From: an uncultured Verrucomicrobiae bacterium
GTDB lineage: Bacteria; Verrucomicrobiota; Verrucomicrobiia; Verrucomicrobiales; Akkermansiaceae
DNA: 64,000 nucleotides
Reading direction: 5' to 3'
Assembly: GCA_963799385.1 (NCBI GenBank)
Contig: CAWCXB010000018.1
Coordinates: 27,698-91,697 of the forward strand
Part shown: piece by piece, positions 19,923 through 29,070 of the stretch
How the letters are laid out: the number at the start of each line of letters is the position of its first letter
How positions within the stretch are numbered: the stretch's first letter is position 1
Program-made: the position numbers and the translations under genes
The notes under the pieces: model-generated
Seen by the model: the letters and a program-made list of their open reading frames with translations, nothing else
Database searches by the model: none
What the model was told of the DNA's origin: nothing

Positions 19923-20465
19923 CTAGAAATCGTCTTCGATTTTCAGGGTGTCGGTTTTGAAACTGGCGACGGTCTCTTTAGTCGCGGAGGTGGCGGTTTT
20001 TTCGAACCATGAGGCGCTGCACCACGGGTATTCGGTAGCTGCTTCCACAAGACCATGTTTCACAGGATTTTGATGGACATATTTCAATCGCGCGAAGTAG
20101 CTGGCTTCGTAGGTGAGCTTTGTTTCGGCATAGTTGTGCCAGACTTTTCTTCCCGGAGTGCTGTCGCGCGCATTGAGCCATCTTGCGGATCGGCTGTGGA
20201 ACTCCATAAGAAATTTCTTGAGACTCGCCGCATCATCCGGAGGGGATTTTGCGATAAAGTGGTAATGGTTCGGGAACACAGCCCAAGCGTGGAGACTCCA
20301 ATTGTGTTTGCCAGAATACTTTAACAAGCCGCCGCAGAGAGCTTCGAGACTCTCCTGATCGTGAAAGAGCTTTGCTTTCTGATAGGTTGCTGCGGTGACC
20401 ATGAAGGTTCCAGCTTCTTTCAAACGGTGGTCGGGGGCATGCGGCCAGTGGTTGTTTGAGGACAC
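19923..20465 (-). mobile_element. REP-associated tyrosine transposase (RAYT, Y1 HUH, IS200-like)
   Basis: WPHAPDHRL, FMVTAAT, AWAVFPNHYHF (HUH motif), YVHQNPVKHGLV, YPWCSA; flanked by REP doublets. GTG 20465 is the probable start because the longer ORF begins inside the REP. Confidence 0.88.
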
Positions 20466-20478
20466 TTGTAATTTGGGA

Positions 20479-20609
20479 TTGGAGTGCGTGATGGCTTGCC
20501 TCCGCTCTGGGGCTGGAGGGCTTGCCTTCTTTGGTGGGGGGGGCGTGGGGTCGGACACCGTGAGGCGAGCCTCACTATCGAAAGCGGAGGCGAGCCGTCC
20601 GCACTCCAA
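20479..20609. repeat. REP doublet upstream of RAYT
   Basis: Direct repeat of 19768..19915 with a variable centre. Confidence 0.85.
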
Positions 20610-20611
20610 AG

Positions 20612-22186
20612 TTATTTCCCATCCGTCATGGGGGCGGTTTCGTAAAACATCCGGTCGCCCGTAACGCGGGGATCTTTGGTGCGGGTGAGTTCGGCCATGA
20701 GGCGTTTTTTCAGGGCTACTTCGACTTCCTTTAGCTCGGATTTTCCTGCGAGGTTCTCGATCTGGTTCGGATCATTTTTCAGATCGTAGAGCTCATATTC
20801 CGGGCGTTTGCCGTAGGCGCGGTCGTAGTATTCCTTCCAGGAGTAGTCGTCGCGATGCTGCACCATCCATGCTTTGGTGGGGCCGGCGTCTTCGTCGGCG
20901 AGGGTGATGTGGGTGTTGTTTTCGAGTTCGTTCTGCGACGGGATGCTGTCTTTGGAAATTTTGCGTGGATCTCCAGCGGGCCAGCGGTCGGGTTCGAAAT
21001 TGATGATGAAGAGATAATCCTTGGTGCGGATGGCGCGCTGGGGGTAGGGCAGGTTACCTTCGCGGGCAACGGGAACGTGGCGCTCGCGCCCGGTAAAGAC
21101 GGCTTCGTCCGAGGAAGTGTGTGGTTCCTTTCCGGTGAGGATGGGGATCAGGGATTTTCCTATCATCTCTTCAGGCGGGGTGATTCCAGCGGCATCAAGG
21201 ACGGTGGGGGCGATGTCGATGAGGGAGGTGAGGCGGTCGATCGTGCTGCCTGTTTTGATGTTTTTCCCGAAACGGATCACGAGAGGGACGCGGGTACCGA
21301 AATCGTAGAGGTTCACTTTCCCGTAAGGAAAGCCGGGGGCACCGTGGTCCCCGGAAATGATGATGATGGTGTTCTCCAATTCGCCGGACTCCTTGAGCCT
21401 GTCGTAGATAACACCGATTCCCGCATCGACGGCCTGGGCCTCTCCGAGATAGTCGGCGAAGTCCTGACGGATCTCCTCTACGTCAGGGAGGAAGGGCGGG
21501 AGTTTTTCTTTGAGATTTTCCGGTTCAAGGTTCCAGAGGGCTTTGCCGGAGCCTTTGATCCATTTTCTGTGGGTGTTGGTGGGACCGAAGAGATAGAAGA
21601 ACGGCTCGTCTCCGGAGCGGGCGGAGAGGAACTGGTCAAAGTTTTTCCGGACTTCCGAGTAGAGGGTTTCCTTGGCTTCATCGAGGGGTGTTCCTTTTTT
21701 GACAAGGTCGGTGACGGTTTGGGAAAACTGGCTGAATTTTCCTCCCGCTTTCTGGTAGCGGGCATCCGGGCCACCGAAGGGCGCTTCGCTCGGGCCGCCT
21801 GGTCCCCAGCCCTTGTAGGCCATGCCGATGTGGTAGCCGTTTTCCTTGAGGATGAGGGGAAAGGCGGGCTGGGAAAAATCCCACTTCGAATGGAGGATGG
21901 AGGCGCTTCCGGTTTGCCAGAAGTGTTTTCCCGATACCAGTGCGCTGCGGCAAGGGGTGCAGGAGGGCGAGGATACGAAGGCGTTGCGGAAAATGACGCC
22001 TTCTTTGGCAATGCGATCGAAATTCGGTGTGCTGATGATGTCGTTGGCCGTGCCCGGGCCGTCGAGCGCAGCGTAGGCGGAGGCGTGACGACCCCAGTCA
22101 TCGGCGAACAGAAGGACGATGTTCGGTCGGTCTTCCGCGAGGAGCGGGCTTGTGAGGCAGAGGGCGGAGAATAGGATTTTTGCCAT
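20612..22186 (-). CDS. Formylglycine-dependent sulfatase
   Basis: Signal peptide, RPNIVLLFADDWG, CTPCR (CxPxR) motif, GDHG, ELYDLKNDP. Confidence 0.93.
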   Translation of the reverse strand: MAKILFSALCLTSPLLAEDRPNIVLLFADDWGRHASAYAALDGPGTANDIISTPNFDRIAKEGVIFRNAFVSSPSCTPCRSALVSGKHFWQTGSASILHSKWDFSQPAFPLILKENGYHIGMAYKGWGPGGPSEAPFGGPDARYQKAGGKFSQFSQTVTDLVKKGTPLDEAKETLYSEVRKNFDQFLSARSGDEPFFYLFGPTNTHRKWIKGSGKALWNLEPENLKEKLPPFLPDVEEIRQDFADYLGEAQAVDAGIGVIYDRLKESGELENTIIIISGDHGAPGFPYGKVNLYDFGTRVPLVIRFGKNIKTGSTIDRLTSLIDIAPTVLDAAGITPPEEMIGKSLIPILTGKEPHTSSDEAVFTGRERHVPVAREGNLPYPQRAIRTKDYLFIINFEPDRWPAGDPRKISKDSIPSQNELENNTHITLADEDAGPTKAWMVQHRDDYSWKEYYDRAYGKRPEYELYDLKNDPNQIENLAGKSELKEVEVALKKRLMAELTRTKDPRVTGDRMFYETAPMTDGK

Positions 22187-22249
22187 GGACATCGGAAAGG
22201 TCGAAAATGAGTGTTGAAGGTGCGGGTGGGAAGTGGTGGATTGTGGGAA

Positions 22250-23149
22250 ATGAGAACGAAGACTACACGGAGAAACTTTCTTTCGGCTGTGGCATTGCTG
22301 CTCGCGGTGTCACCATTTCATGTCATAGCGGAAGAGGCCGGGGTGAGAAAACTCGTCATTATTGCGGGGAAGCCTAGCCATCCGGCCGGCATGCATGAAT
22401 TCAATGCGGGCAGCCTGCTACTAAAAAAATGTCTTTCCGACACCGAGGGACTGGAAGTCGAGGTGCATGCCAACCACTGGGTTTCCGATGACAAGACTTT
22501 GGAAGACGCGGACGGGATCGTGATCTACGCGGACGGCGGAAACGGGCATCCAGCACTCCAGAAAAATCACCGCGAGTTGATCCAGGCGGCGGCTAACCGA
22601 GGAGCCGGGATCATGATGATGCACTACGCGGTGCAGTGCGCGGACAAGGGTGACAGCGGAGATGCGTTCCGCGAGTGGATCGGTGGGGCATACGAAGCGG
22701 GCTTCTCTGTGAACCCGATCTGGGACGCGGAGTACGAAACATTCCCCGAGCATCCAGTCGCGCGGGGCATTGAGCCATTCAAAATCAAGGACGAGTGGTA
22801 TTTCTCCATCCGTTTCCCAGAGGGACAAAAGGGTGTGACCTCTCTATTAGTAGCTACCCCGAGCGATGAAACCCGCGACGGTCCCTACGTGCATCCGAAA
22901 GGTCCCTATCCACATATCCAAGCGAAGAAAGGCGAGGAGGAAACGATGATGTGGGCAATCGAGCGTGAGGATGGAGGTCGTGGTGTCGGCTTCACAGGTG
23001 GGCACTTTCACAAGAACTGGGCGGATGACAATTTCCGGAAAATCGCTCTGAATGCGATGCTCTGGATCTGCAAAATGGATGTCCCGGAGGGAGGCGTGGA
23101 TTCCAGCGTGACTGAGGAAGACATGGCGGCGAACCTGGATAAGAAGTGA
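22250..23149 (+). CDS. ThuA-like (class I glutamine amidotransferase fold) protein with possible Tat signal
   Basis: TRRNFL; AGKPSHPAGMHEF, DEWYF, GGRGVGFTGGHFHKNW. Confidence 0.8.
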   Translation: MRTKTTRRNFLSAVALLLAVSPFHVIAEEAGVRKLVIIAGKPSHPAGMHEFNAGSLLLKKCLSDTEGLEVEVHANHWVSDDKTLEDADGIVIYADGGNGHPALQKNHRELIQAAANRGAGIMMMHYAVQCADKGDSGDAFREWIGGAYEAGFSVNPIWDAEYETFPEHPVARGIEPFKIKDEWYFSIRFPEGQKGVTSLLVATPSDETRDGPYVHPKGPYPHIQAKKGEEETMMWAIEREDGGRGVGFTGGHFHKNWADDNFRKIALNAMLWICKMDVPEGGVDSSVTEEDMAANLDKK

Positions 23150-23197
23150 AAACTCAAATCTCAAAATTCAAAATTCAAGGAAGACTGGCCAGATGAA

Positions 23198-24139
23198 ATG
23201 AGTGAGGGAAAAGGAATGCTCATTGCGGTCCCGGAACGCTGGGACGAGGCAACGTTCGCGGTCCCGGCGGTGAGGGCGATGGTGGCCTCCGGGCTGGCGG
23301 GCGGCCTGCTTTGTAGGGAGGAGCAACAGTCGTTTTGGGAGACGGTGTGCCGGCTGCCACAGGTCCGCTTTTCCCCGAAAACAAGTGCCCGAGCTTTGGC
23401 GGGAATGATCGGCAGCGAGTGGGGGGCCGCTCTTGCATGGGAGCCAGGGGTGGCGGCCAAGGCACTCGCGAAGGCTGGCGTAGCCAAACGATTGGGACCA
23501 GAGCACGGCGCGATGGCGAAGCTGCTCACTCACCCTCTCGATATTGCGGAAGGCCCCGTGGAACACAGGGTCAGGAAATATCTCAATACCTGTGAGCGCA
23601 TGGGACTGACGGTGGACAGACCTGAGTATTTCACCGCCGCTTCCATGGGCGTGCCGGCGGAACCACGGACGGTCCTCCTATGCCCTGGATCCGACTTCGG
23701 CCCCAGCCACGAGTGGCCACTGGATCGCTGGCAGGAACTGGCGGAAGAACTGCTCGAACAGGGGAAACGGGTGACGATCGCAGGAGTTGTGGGCGGTCGC
23801 GGGCTGGGCAAGATCCTCGCCGGCAGACTGGGTGGCGACGTCGAGTTTTTCCATGCCGCTCCTCTTGCCGCTGCTCTGCCACTGCTGGCGATCCATCAAC
23901 TTGTTATTTCTGCGGACGGTTCCCTCCCCCACCTTGCCGCGCATGCGGGTTCCACCTGCGTCACTTTGTTCGGGCCGAATGACCCGGTCTGGAAACGCCC
24001 TCTGGGCAAGCGCCATGTCGTGGTCAAACGGCACGTGGAATGCGCCCCCTGCCTTTCTCCGAAATGTGTGATGGACGCCAGGTGCCAAAATGAACTTGAG
24101 GTGGCGAGAGTTCTGGCAGCGATTCCGGGATGCTTTTAA
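23198..24139 (+). CDS. Glycosyltransferase family 9 (heptosyltransferase-like)
   Basis: CPGSDFGPSHEWP, ISADGSLPHLAAHAG, TLFGPNDP, CAPC motif. Confidence 0.85.
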   Translation: MSEGKGMLIAVPERWDEATFAVPAVRAMVASGLAGGLLCREEQQSFWETVCRLPQVRFSPKTSARALAGMIGSEWGAALAWEPGVAAKALAKAGVAKRLGPEHGAMAKLLTHPLDIAEGPVEHRVRKYLNTCERMGLTVDRPEYFTAASMGVPAEPRTVLLCPGSDFGPSHEWPLDRWQELAEELLEQGKRVTIAGVVGGRGLGKILAGRLGGDVEFFHAAPLAAALPLLAIHQLVISADGSLPHLAAHAGSTCVTLFGPNDPVWKRPLGKRHVVVKRHVECAPCLSPKCVMDARCQNELEVARVLAAIPGCF

Positions 24140-24141
24140 AA

Positions 24142-24175
24142 TTCAACTCTCAAGAAGAGGCTTGGGAGTTGGAAT
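24142..24175. terminator. Hairpin between convergent genes
   Basis: ttcaactctcaag...cttgggagttggaa inverted repeat. Confidence 0.5.
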
Positions 24176-24187
24176 TCGAGATGCTGA

Positions 24188-24550
24188 CTACCCTTTGATC
24201 AGCATCCTGGTTCCGAACACCAGCAGAACAACTCCGAAGGTTCTCGTGAGTGTCTGATTGGAAAGGGAGCGCATGAGATCGCTGCCAAACCAGGCGGTCA
24301 GAGCAGACGCGGCACCGACGGCGGCGACGATTTTCCAGTCGATGAGATCCTTCTGCTGTGCATTATTCAGAGTGGAGGCGATGGCCGTAATGATGATCAC
24401 AGCCAGCGAGGTGGCGACTGCCTGTTTTTGCTCGAATCCGAAAAAGGTGACAAACGCGGGAACAAGCACGATGCCCCCGCCGACTCCACACAGAGCGCCG
24501 AGCAGGCCGGTGGTGAGGCCGATGAGGATGGAGATCAGTAGGATTTTCAC
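24188..24550 (-). CDS. TauE/SafE-family (TSUP) half-size membrane protein
   Basis: GALCGVGGGIVLVP, AVATSLA motifs. Confidence 0.85.
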   Translation of the reverse strand: MKILLISILIGLTTGLLGALCGVGGGIVLVPAFVTFFGFEQKQAVATSLAVIIITAIASTLNNAQQKDLIDWKIVAAVGAASALTAWFGSDLMRSLSNQTLTRTFGVVLLVFGTRMLIKG

Positions 24551-24613
24551 ATGCCGGGAATAGATGCGGGACCAGAAAATGCAATCCCCTTCCCTGTCCT
24601 GCCTGCGTTCGGG

Positions 24614-25495
24614 CTATTTCACTGGGGAAAAATCCGTAGGAACAAGGAATACGGAACTCACCCCTCCTTTCTCCGTGAGTGATCCTTCGGCCTTTTCTTC
24701 CGAGGCCTTCTTCGCCGCGATCCAATCGGGATCCGCGGAAAAAGCGCTCCAAGATTCTTTCGCCGCGCCGCGATCCTTGTGAGCGACAAAATAGATCAGG
24801 GTATTGTCCGTGCCTTTCTGATCCGGAGTGAGCTGAAAATAGGCTAGGTTGGTGATGCCGTGTTTTTCGAAAAGGTCGATGGTGTGATCGCGAAAACGGT
24901 CATGAAGGTTTGGTAGATGATCGAGGGTGGTTATGTAGGTGCGCATCTCGAAGAGGTGCTCGTTTCCAGCGGGAGCGGGGACGTATTCGAGAGGATCAGT
25001 AATCCCCTTCGGGCGGTCCGGAGCGATTTTGGCGAAGCCTTCGGAAAAATCAGTGGGAGTCATGAAGCTCTGATCAACCTTATCGACCAGCTTTCCATCG
25101 ACCTCGGAAGCAGCCTGCGCCTTCTTCCAATCAGGATCTGCTAGGAAGGCTTTCCATGATGCATCACGGGCGCCCATGCCCCGATAGGCCATCAGGTAGA
25201 TCAGAAGGTTGTCGGGATTCTCGGCAGGCACCCAATACCCCACATTGCACATCCTGTGTTTTACAAATAGCTGGCAGGTATGATCTCGGAAGCGAGTTAG
25301 CAGAGCGTCGAGCTTTCCGGGAGCCGCGTGGTAGGTGCGGAGTTCAAGCACGTAGCCATCCGGTTCTCCTTCTAGATCAAATCCACGACAAATTATCTCG
25401 CTCTTGTATCCGGTGCTAATCTCATACTCCACCTCTCCGAACACGGGAACCAAAGAGCCGATAAACATCATCGTAGAAAAGAAGAGTTTTCGCAT
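24614..25495 (-). CDS. Secreted tandem-NIPSNAP-domain protein
   Basis: ELRTYHAAPGKLDALLTRFRDHT and FEMRTY...RFRDHT repeats; C-terminal PTDFSPVK. Confidence 0.85.
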   Translation of the reverse strand: MRKLFFSTMMFIGSLVPVFGEVEYEISTGYKSEIICRGFDLEGEPDGYVLELRTYHAAPGKLDALLTRFRDHTCQLFVKHRMCNVGYWVPAENPDNLLIYLMAYRGMGARDASWKAFLADPDWKKAQAASEVDGKLVDKVDQSFMTPTDFSEGFAKIAPDRPKGITDPLEYVPAPAGNEHLFEMRTYITTLDHLPNLHDRFRDHTIDLFEKHGITNLAYFQLTPDQKGTDNTLIYFVAHKDRGAAKESWSAFSADPDWIAAKKASEEKAEGSLTEKGGVSSVFLVPTDFSPVK

Positions 25496-25606
25496 TCCTG
25501 ATGATGACCAACGAGGAGCTTTCCGCAAGCGAGAGTGTGAAGGTTCAATTTGTTTGGTCCAATTTGTTTTTGCCAAACCACTCCATGGAGTCGATACAAG
25601 GAGACT

Positions 25607-26668
25607 ATGAAAGGCCGAACCTATCTGACGTCCTCCCTGCTAGGGCTTGCCCTCGTGGCCATCTCCGCGCTCCACGCAGAAACTCTTCCCGTCACCGACG
25701 GCAAGCCAGCGGACATGGCCAAGCCTGTCAAAGTCTTCATTCTGCTAGGGCAGTCGAACATGGTCGGTGCTGGCAAAATCAAAGGCGACAAAGAAGGAAG
25801 CCTCGAGTACGCCGTAAAAACCGAGAAACTCTACCCCTTTCTCTCCGATGACGAAGGCAACTGGACCGAACGAAATGATGTCCGTTACGTCCGCTACATG
25901 ACAGGAAAGGAACTCAACAACGAGTGGATGACCGTCCCGGGTGGAAAGATCGGCCCCGAACTCGGGATCGGCCATCAGCTTGGAAACGCGCTCAATGAGC
26001 CTGTCATGGTGCTGAAAAGTTGCATCGGGAACCGCAGTCTCGGCTGGGATCTATTGCCTCCAGGCAGCAAGGGATATGAGTTCGAAGGCACGGACAGGAA
26101 AACCAAAGAGAAGAAAACCTATGTCTATGCAGGCTACAAGGAGTCCCCGCTGAAATGGGAAAAGGGCACTGAGCCAAAACCCATCGATTGGTACGCCGGG
26201 AAACAATACGACACCGACATCGCCGATGCGAAGAAAGTGCTCGCGGAACTCGATACCTACTACCCCGGCGCAAATGGCTACGAGGTCGCCGGCTTTTTCT
26301 ACTGGCAGGGCGACAAGGATCGCTACGACGAGGCACACGCGAGCCACTATGAGGAAAATCTCGTTAACTTCATCAATCAACTTCGCAAAGACTTCGATGC
26401 ACCAAATGCCAAGTTTGTCTGCGCGACTCTCGGTCAGAGCGAAAAAGACAAGGCGACAGGAAACGATAAGCTCATCCTTGACGCCCAGCTCGCCGTGGAC
26501 GGGGAATCCGGCAAGCACCCGGATTTCAAAGGCAACGTCGCCACCGTTTACAGCCACCCGATCAGCCAAGGCGGGGCATCAAACGGCCACTACGGCGGCA
26601 ATGCCAAGACCTACATGGACATCGGACTGGCAATGGGTGAGACGATGGTCGAGCTACTCAAGAACTAG
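25607..26668 (+). CDS. SGNH sialate O-acetylesterase (SASA)-family protein
   Basis: Signal peptide, VFILLGQSNM, IGPELG, FFYWQGDKD, HYGGNA. Confidence 0.85.
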   Translation: MKGRTYLTSSLLGLALVAISALHAETLPVTDGKPADMAKPVKVFILLGQSNMVGAGKIKGDKEGSLEYAVKTEKLYPFLSDDEGNWTERNDVRYVRYMTGKELNNEWMTVPGGKIGPELGIGHQLGNALNEPVMVLKSCIGNRSLGWDLLPPGSKGYEFEGTDRKTKEKKTYVYAGYKESPLKWEKGTEPKPIDWYAGKQYDTDIADAKKVLAELDTYYPGANGYEVAGFFYWQGDKDRYDEAHASHYEENLVNFINQLRKDFDAPNAKFVCATLGQSEKDKATGNDKLILDAQLAVDGESGKHPDFKGNVATVYSHPISQGGASNGHYGGNAKTYMDIGLAMGETMVELLKN

Positions 26669-26704
26669 ACGCCGACAACGATACCTTAGATCGTCCAGCA
26701 ATCA

Positions 26705-27496
26705 TTATTTCACGGGGGAGAAGTCCGTCGGCTTGAGAAAAACGGATTTCACTCCACCCTTTTCGGTGAGAGAGCCACCAGCTTTTTCCTCGGAATCTTT
26801 CTTCGCGGCGACCCATTCGGGATCCGCTCCAAAGGCTTTCCAGGATTCTTGCGCGGATTCCATATCTTTGTGGGCGATGAAGTAGAGCAGGGTGTTCTCC
26901 GCACCTTTTTGATCAGGCAGGAACTGGAAATAGCCGAGGTTTCTTATCCCGTGCTTTGCAAAAAGGCCGACCGTGTGGTCGCGGAAGCGGGCGTGAAGGC
27001 TTGGAAGGTTTCCCGGAGTGGCAGTGTAGGTGCGCATCTCGAAGAGACTGCCATCACCGCCTCCGAAAGGGTCTTCAAACCCCAATGAATAATCGCTTGC
27101 CGCCATGAAAACACTATCGATTTTCCCGATCAGCTTTCCTTCGGCCTGCGATTCATCCCTAGCCTTCTGCCACTCGGGGTCAACGCGGAAGGCGGCGGTG
27201 CTCTTCTTCATCGCAGCCATATCTGGAAACGCGCGGACGTAGATGAACAGGTTGTCCGGATTGTCCACAGGCACCCAGTAGCCAACATTTGTGATCCCGT
27301 GCTTTTCGAAAAGACGGCAGGTGTGGTCGCGGAAACGGGCAAGGAGACTTTCGAGCTTCCCAGGTGCCGCGTAGTAGGTGCGGAGTTCGTAAAGACGAGT
27401 GTCCGGGACGTCTTTTATTTTCGCGAATGGATCCGCCTCGGTTTGTGCAGCAACGGTTGCGGCAGCGCAAAGCGACATCAGGAGAGTTTTAATCAT
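26705..27496 (-). CDS. Secreted tandem-NIPSNAP-domain protein, paralog of 24614..25495
   Basis: Same motifs and a near-identical C-terminus. Confidence 0.85.
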   Translation of the reverse strand: MIKTLLMSLCAAATVAAQTEADPFAKIKDVPDTRLYELRTYYAAPGKLESLLARFRDHTCRLFEKHGITNVGYWVPVDNPDNLFIYVRAFPDMAAMKKSTAAFRVDPEWQKARDESQAEGKLIGKIDSVFMAASDYSLGFEDPFGGGDGSLFEMRTYTATPGNLPSLHARFRDHTVGLFAKHGIRNLGYFQFLPDQKGAENTLLYFIAHKDMESAQESWKAFGADPEWVAAKKDSEEKAGGSLTEKGGVKSVFLKPTDFSPVK

Positions 27497-27639
27497 TCCC
27501 AAGGATGACCGAGGGGGAATTTTCCGCAATGGGAAGTTTCAATCAGCGCGGAACCAAAGAAGGGGAAAGACCAATGCCGTCGGCTGGCAGCAGGCTGCAT
27601 CGCCAAAGCTACAGCAGGCTGTAGCAGACCAAGGAGTTT

Positions 27640-27993
27640 TTACTCGAAAAACGTATCGTCGTGCCGGTAAGGAGGAGCGCAGCAGCAAAGAAATACGAGA
27701 TCCGTAGTAGCTTTGATTTCATGCCATGCGCCTGGCGGGATGAGGATGACATCGCCGGTGACGACCTCGCAGGTTTCTCCTTCGATCTCCATAAGTCCTA
27801 CACCACTAGAGATGTAGTAGAACTCCTCGCTGGCCTTGTGATAATGCCGCTGAGTGGAGCCTCCAGCGGGAATACTCGCCTCCGCGAGACTCTGTTTCTT
27901 CACCGGCGCGTTTGCGGAATCGAGAAGACTGGTGATGGTGGAGCCGTCCTTGGTGGTGAAGGGGGTTTGTTCAGAGTATTTACGGATGATCAT
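27640..27993 (-). CDS. Cupin-domain protein
   Basis: HYHKASEEFYYI...IPPGAWHEI...CCAPPY. Confidence 0.88.
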   Translation of the reverse strand: MIIRKYSEQTPFTTKDGSTITSLLDSANAPVKKQSLAEASIPAGGSTQRHYHKASEEFYYISSGVGLMEIEGETCEVVTGDVILIPPGAWHEIKATTDLVFLCCCAPPYRHDDTFFE

Positions 27994-28084
27994 GGTGGTA
28001 TGTGGAAGCGTGCTTCCAGCCGTTTGGCGGTGGACTGGCGATTTATTCTCTATTCTTTGCTAGCGGCGGGACGCGCGCTTCTCC

Positions 28085-28900
28085 TTATTTTTCCTTTTCC
28101 AGCTCGCGGACTCGGAAGGTTTTGATTTCAAAGGGGCGTCCTTCTGACTCGACACCGATGCCACCGGTCAAGGCCTGGGCGTTTGCCACGACGCTGACGG
28201 GTTCGCCGTTCATGAAAACACGGATTACCGGGCCTACGCAGGTGATGCGGTAGGTGTTCCATTCGTTGAGCGGGTGCTCGATGTTCTTGCCTGCTGGTGG
28301 TAGCTCGGGACCGGGATCGGGCCAGGGGGCGACTACGGTTGTTTTGATCGAGGATTTGAAGCGGCCGGGGATGTGGTGTTGCTCATCCACCCATTTCCCG
28401 TCACGGGCGACTTTTTCAGCCATGCGGTAGAGGGTGCCGTCGCTGCTAACGCGCCCGCCATGCACGCGGGCGAAAGCATTGGAAGTCGCCAGCTCGACCT
28501 GGTGCATGAGGAAAAGGGTCTCGGGCAAGCTGCGGTCGTTGCGGACGAAGATGCCGGAATTGCCTCTTTTCTGACCTTGCCAGCCGGTCTCGCCTTCCTT
28601 GGGCAGATAGCGGAATACGCATTCCAGTTCGTAATCCGCGTAGGCCTCGCGGGTCAGGAGCACGCCATAAGGTTCACCAGCGCACATGAGGGAACCGGTG
28701 GCGGGATCGATGTGCCAGGTCTTCGTGCGAACCTTAGGCAGGGGCTTGTCAGACGGGCTGGCTTGTTCGCCAAACTCTTGCCAGGCAGCATCGAGTTGGT
28801 CGGTTTTCGCGGGTAGGAGGTTCTTCCATTCGGCTTCGTTTCCAAGGGCAAGCGTGGGCAGAAGAAGAAGGGGCAGGAGGGTTTTTAGATTAGGTATCAT
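28085..28900 (-). CDS. DUF1080 / 3-keto-disaccharide hydrolase family protein
   Basis: Signal peptide, YADYELECVFR, GNSGIFVR, EWNTYRITC, GGIGVESEG. Confidence 0.82.
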   Translation of the reverse strand: MIPNLKTLLPLLLLPTLALGNEAEWKNLLPAKTDQLDAAWQEFGEQASPSDKPLPKVRTKTWHIDPATGSLMCAGEPYGVLLTREAYADYELECVFRYLPKEGETGWQGQKRGNSGIFVRNDRSLPETLFLMHQVELATSNAFARVHGGRVSSDGTLYRMAEKVARDGKWVDEQHHIPGRFKSSIKTTVVAPWPDPGPELPPAGKNIEHPLNEWNTYRITCVGPVIRVFMNGEPVSVVANAQALTGGIGVESEGRPFEIKTFRVRELEKEK

Positions 28901-29070
28901 GAATTAAATTTTGTCATATTTCCCAACGATTAGCCGGGACTTTCGCTCTCTTGGTTGAGCTAGGTAGAAGACTAGGGTGATACCGATTCGATTCAAGTAT
29001 CCAAAGGTATTACTAGAATTGCAAAAAGCAGCCCGAAACGTAGCCCCCACGCGCTTGCATTGCAGTTGGA

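Noticed and set aside
20466-20609. MECGRLASA N-terminus of RAYT, and the similar ORF 14496..14726
   Set aside because: Translation of the REP sequence itself.
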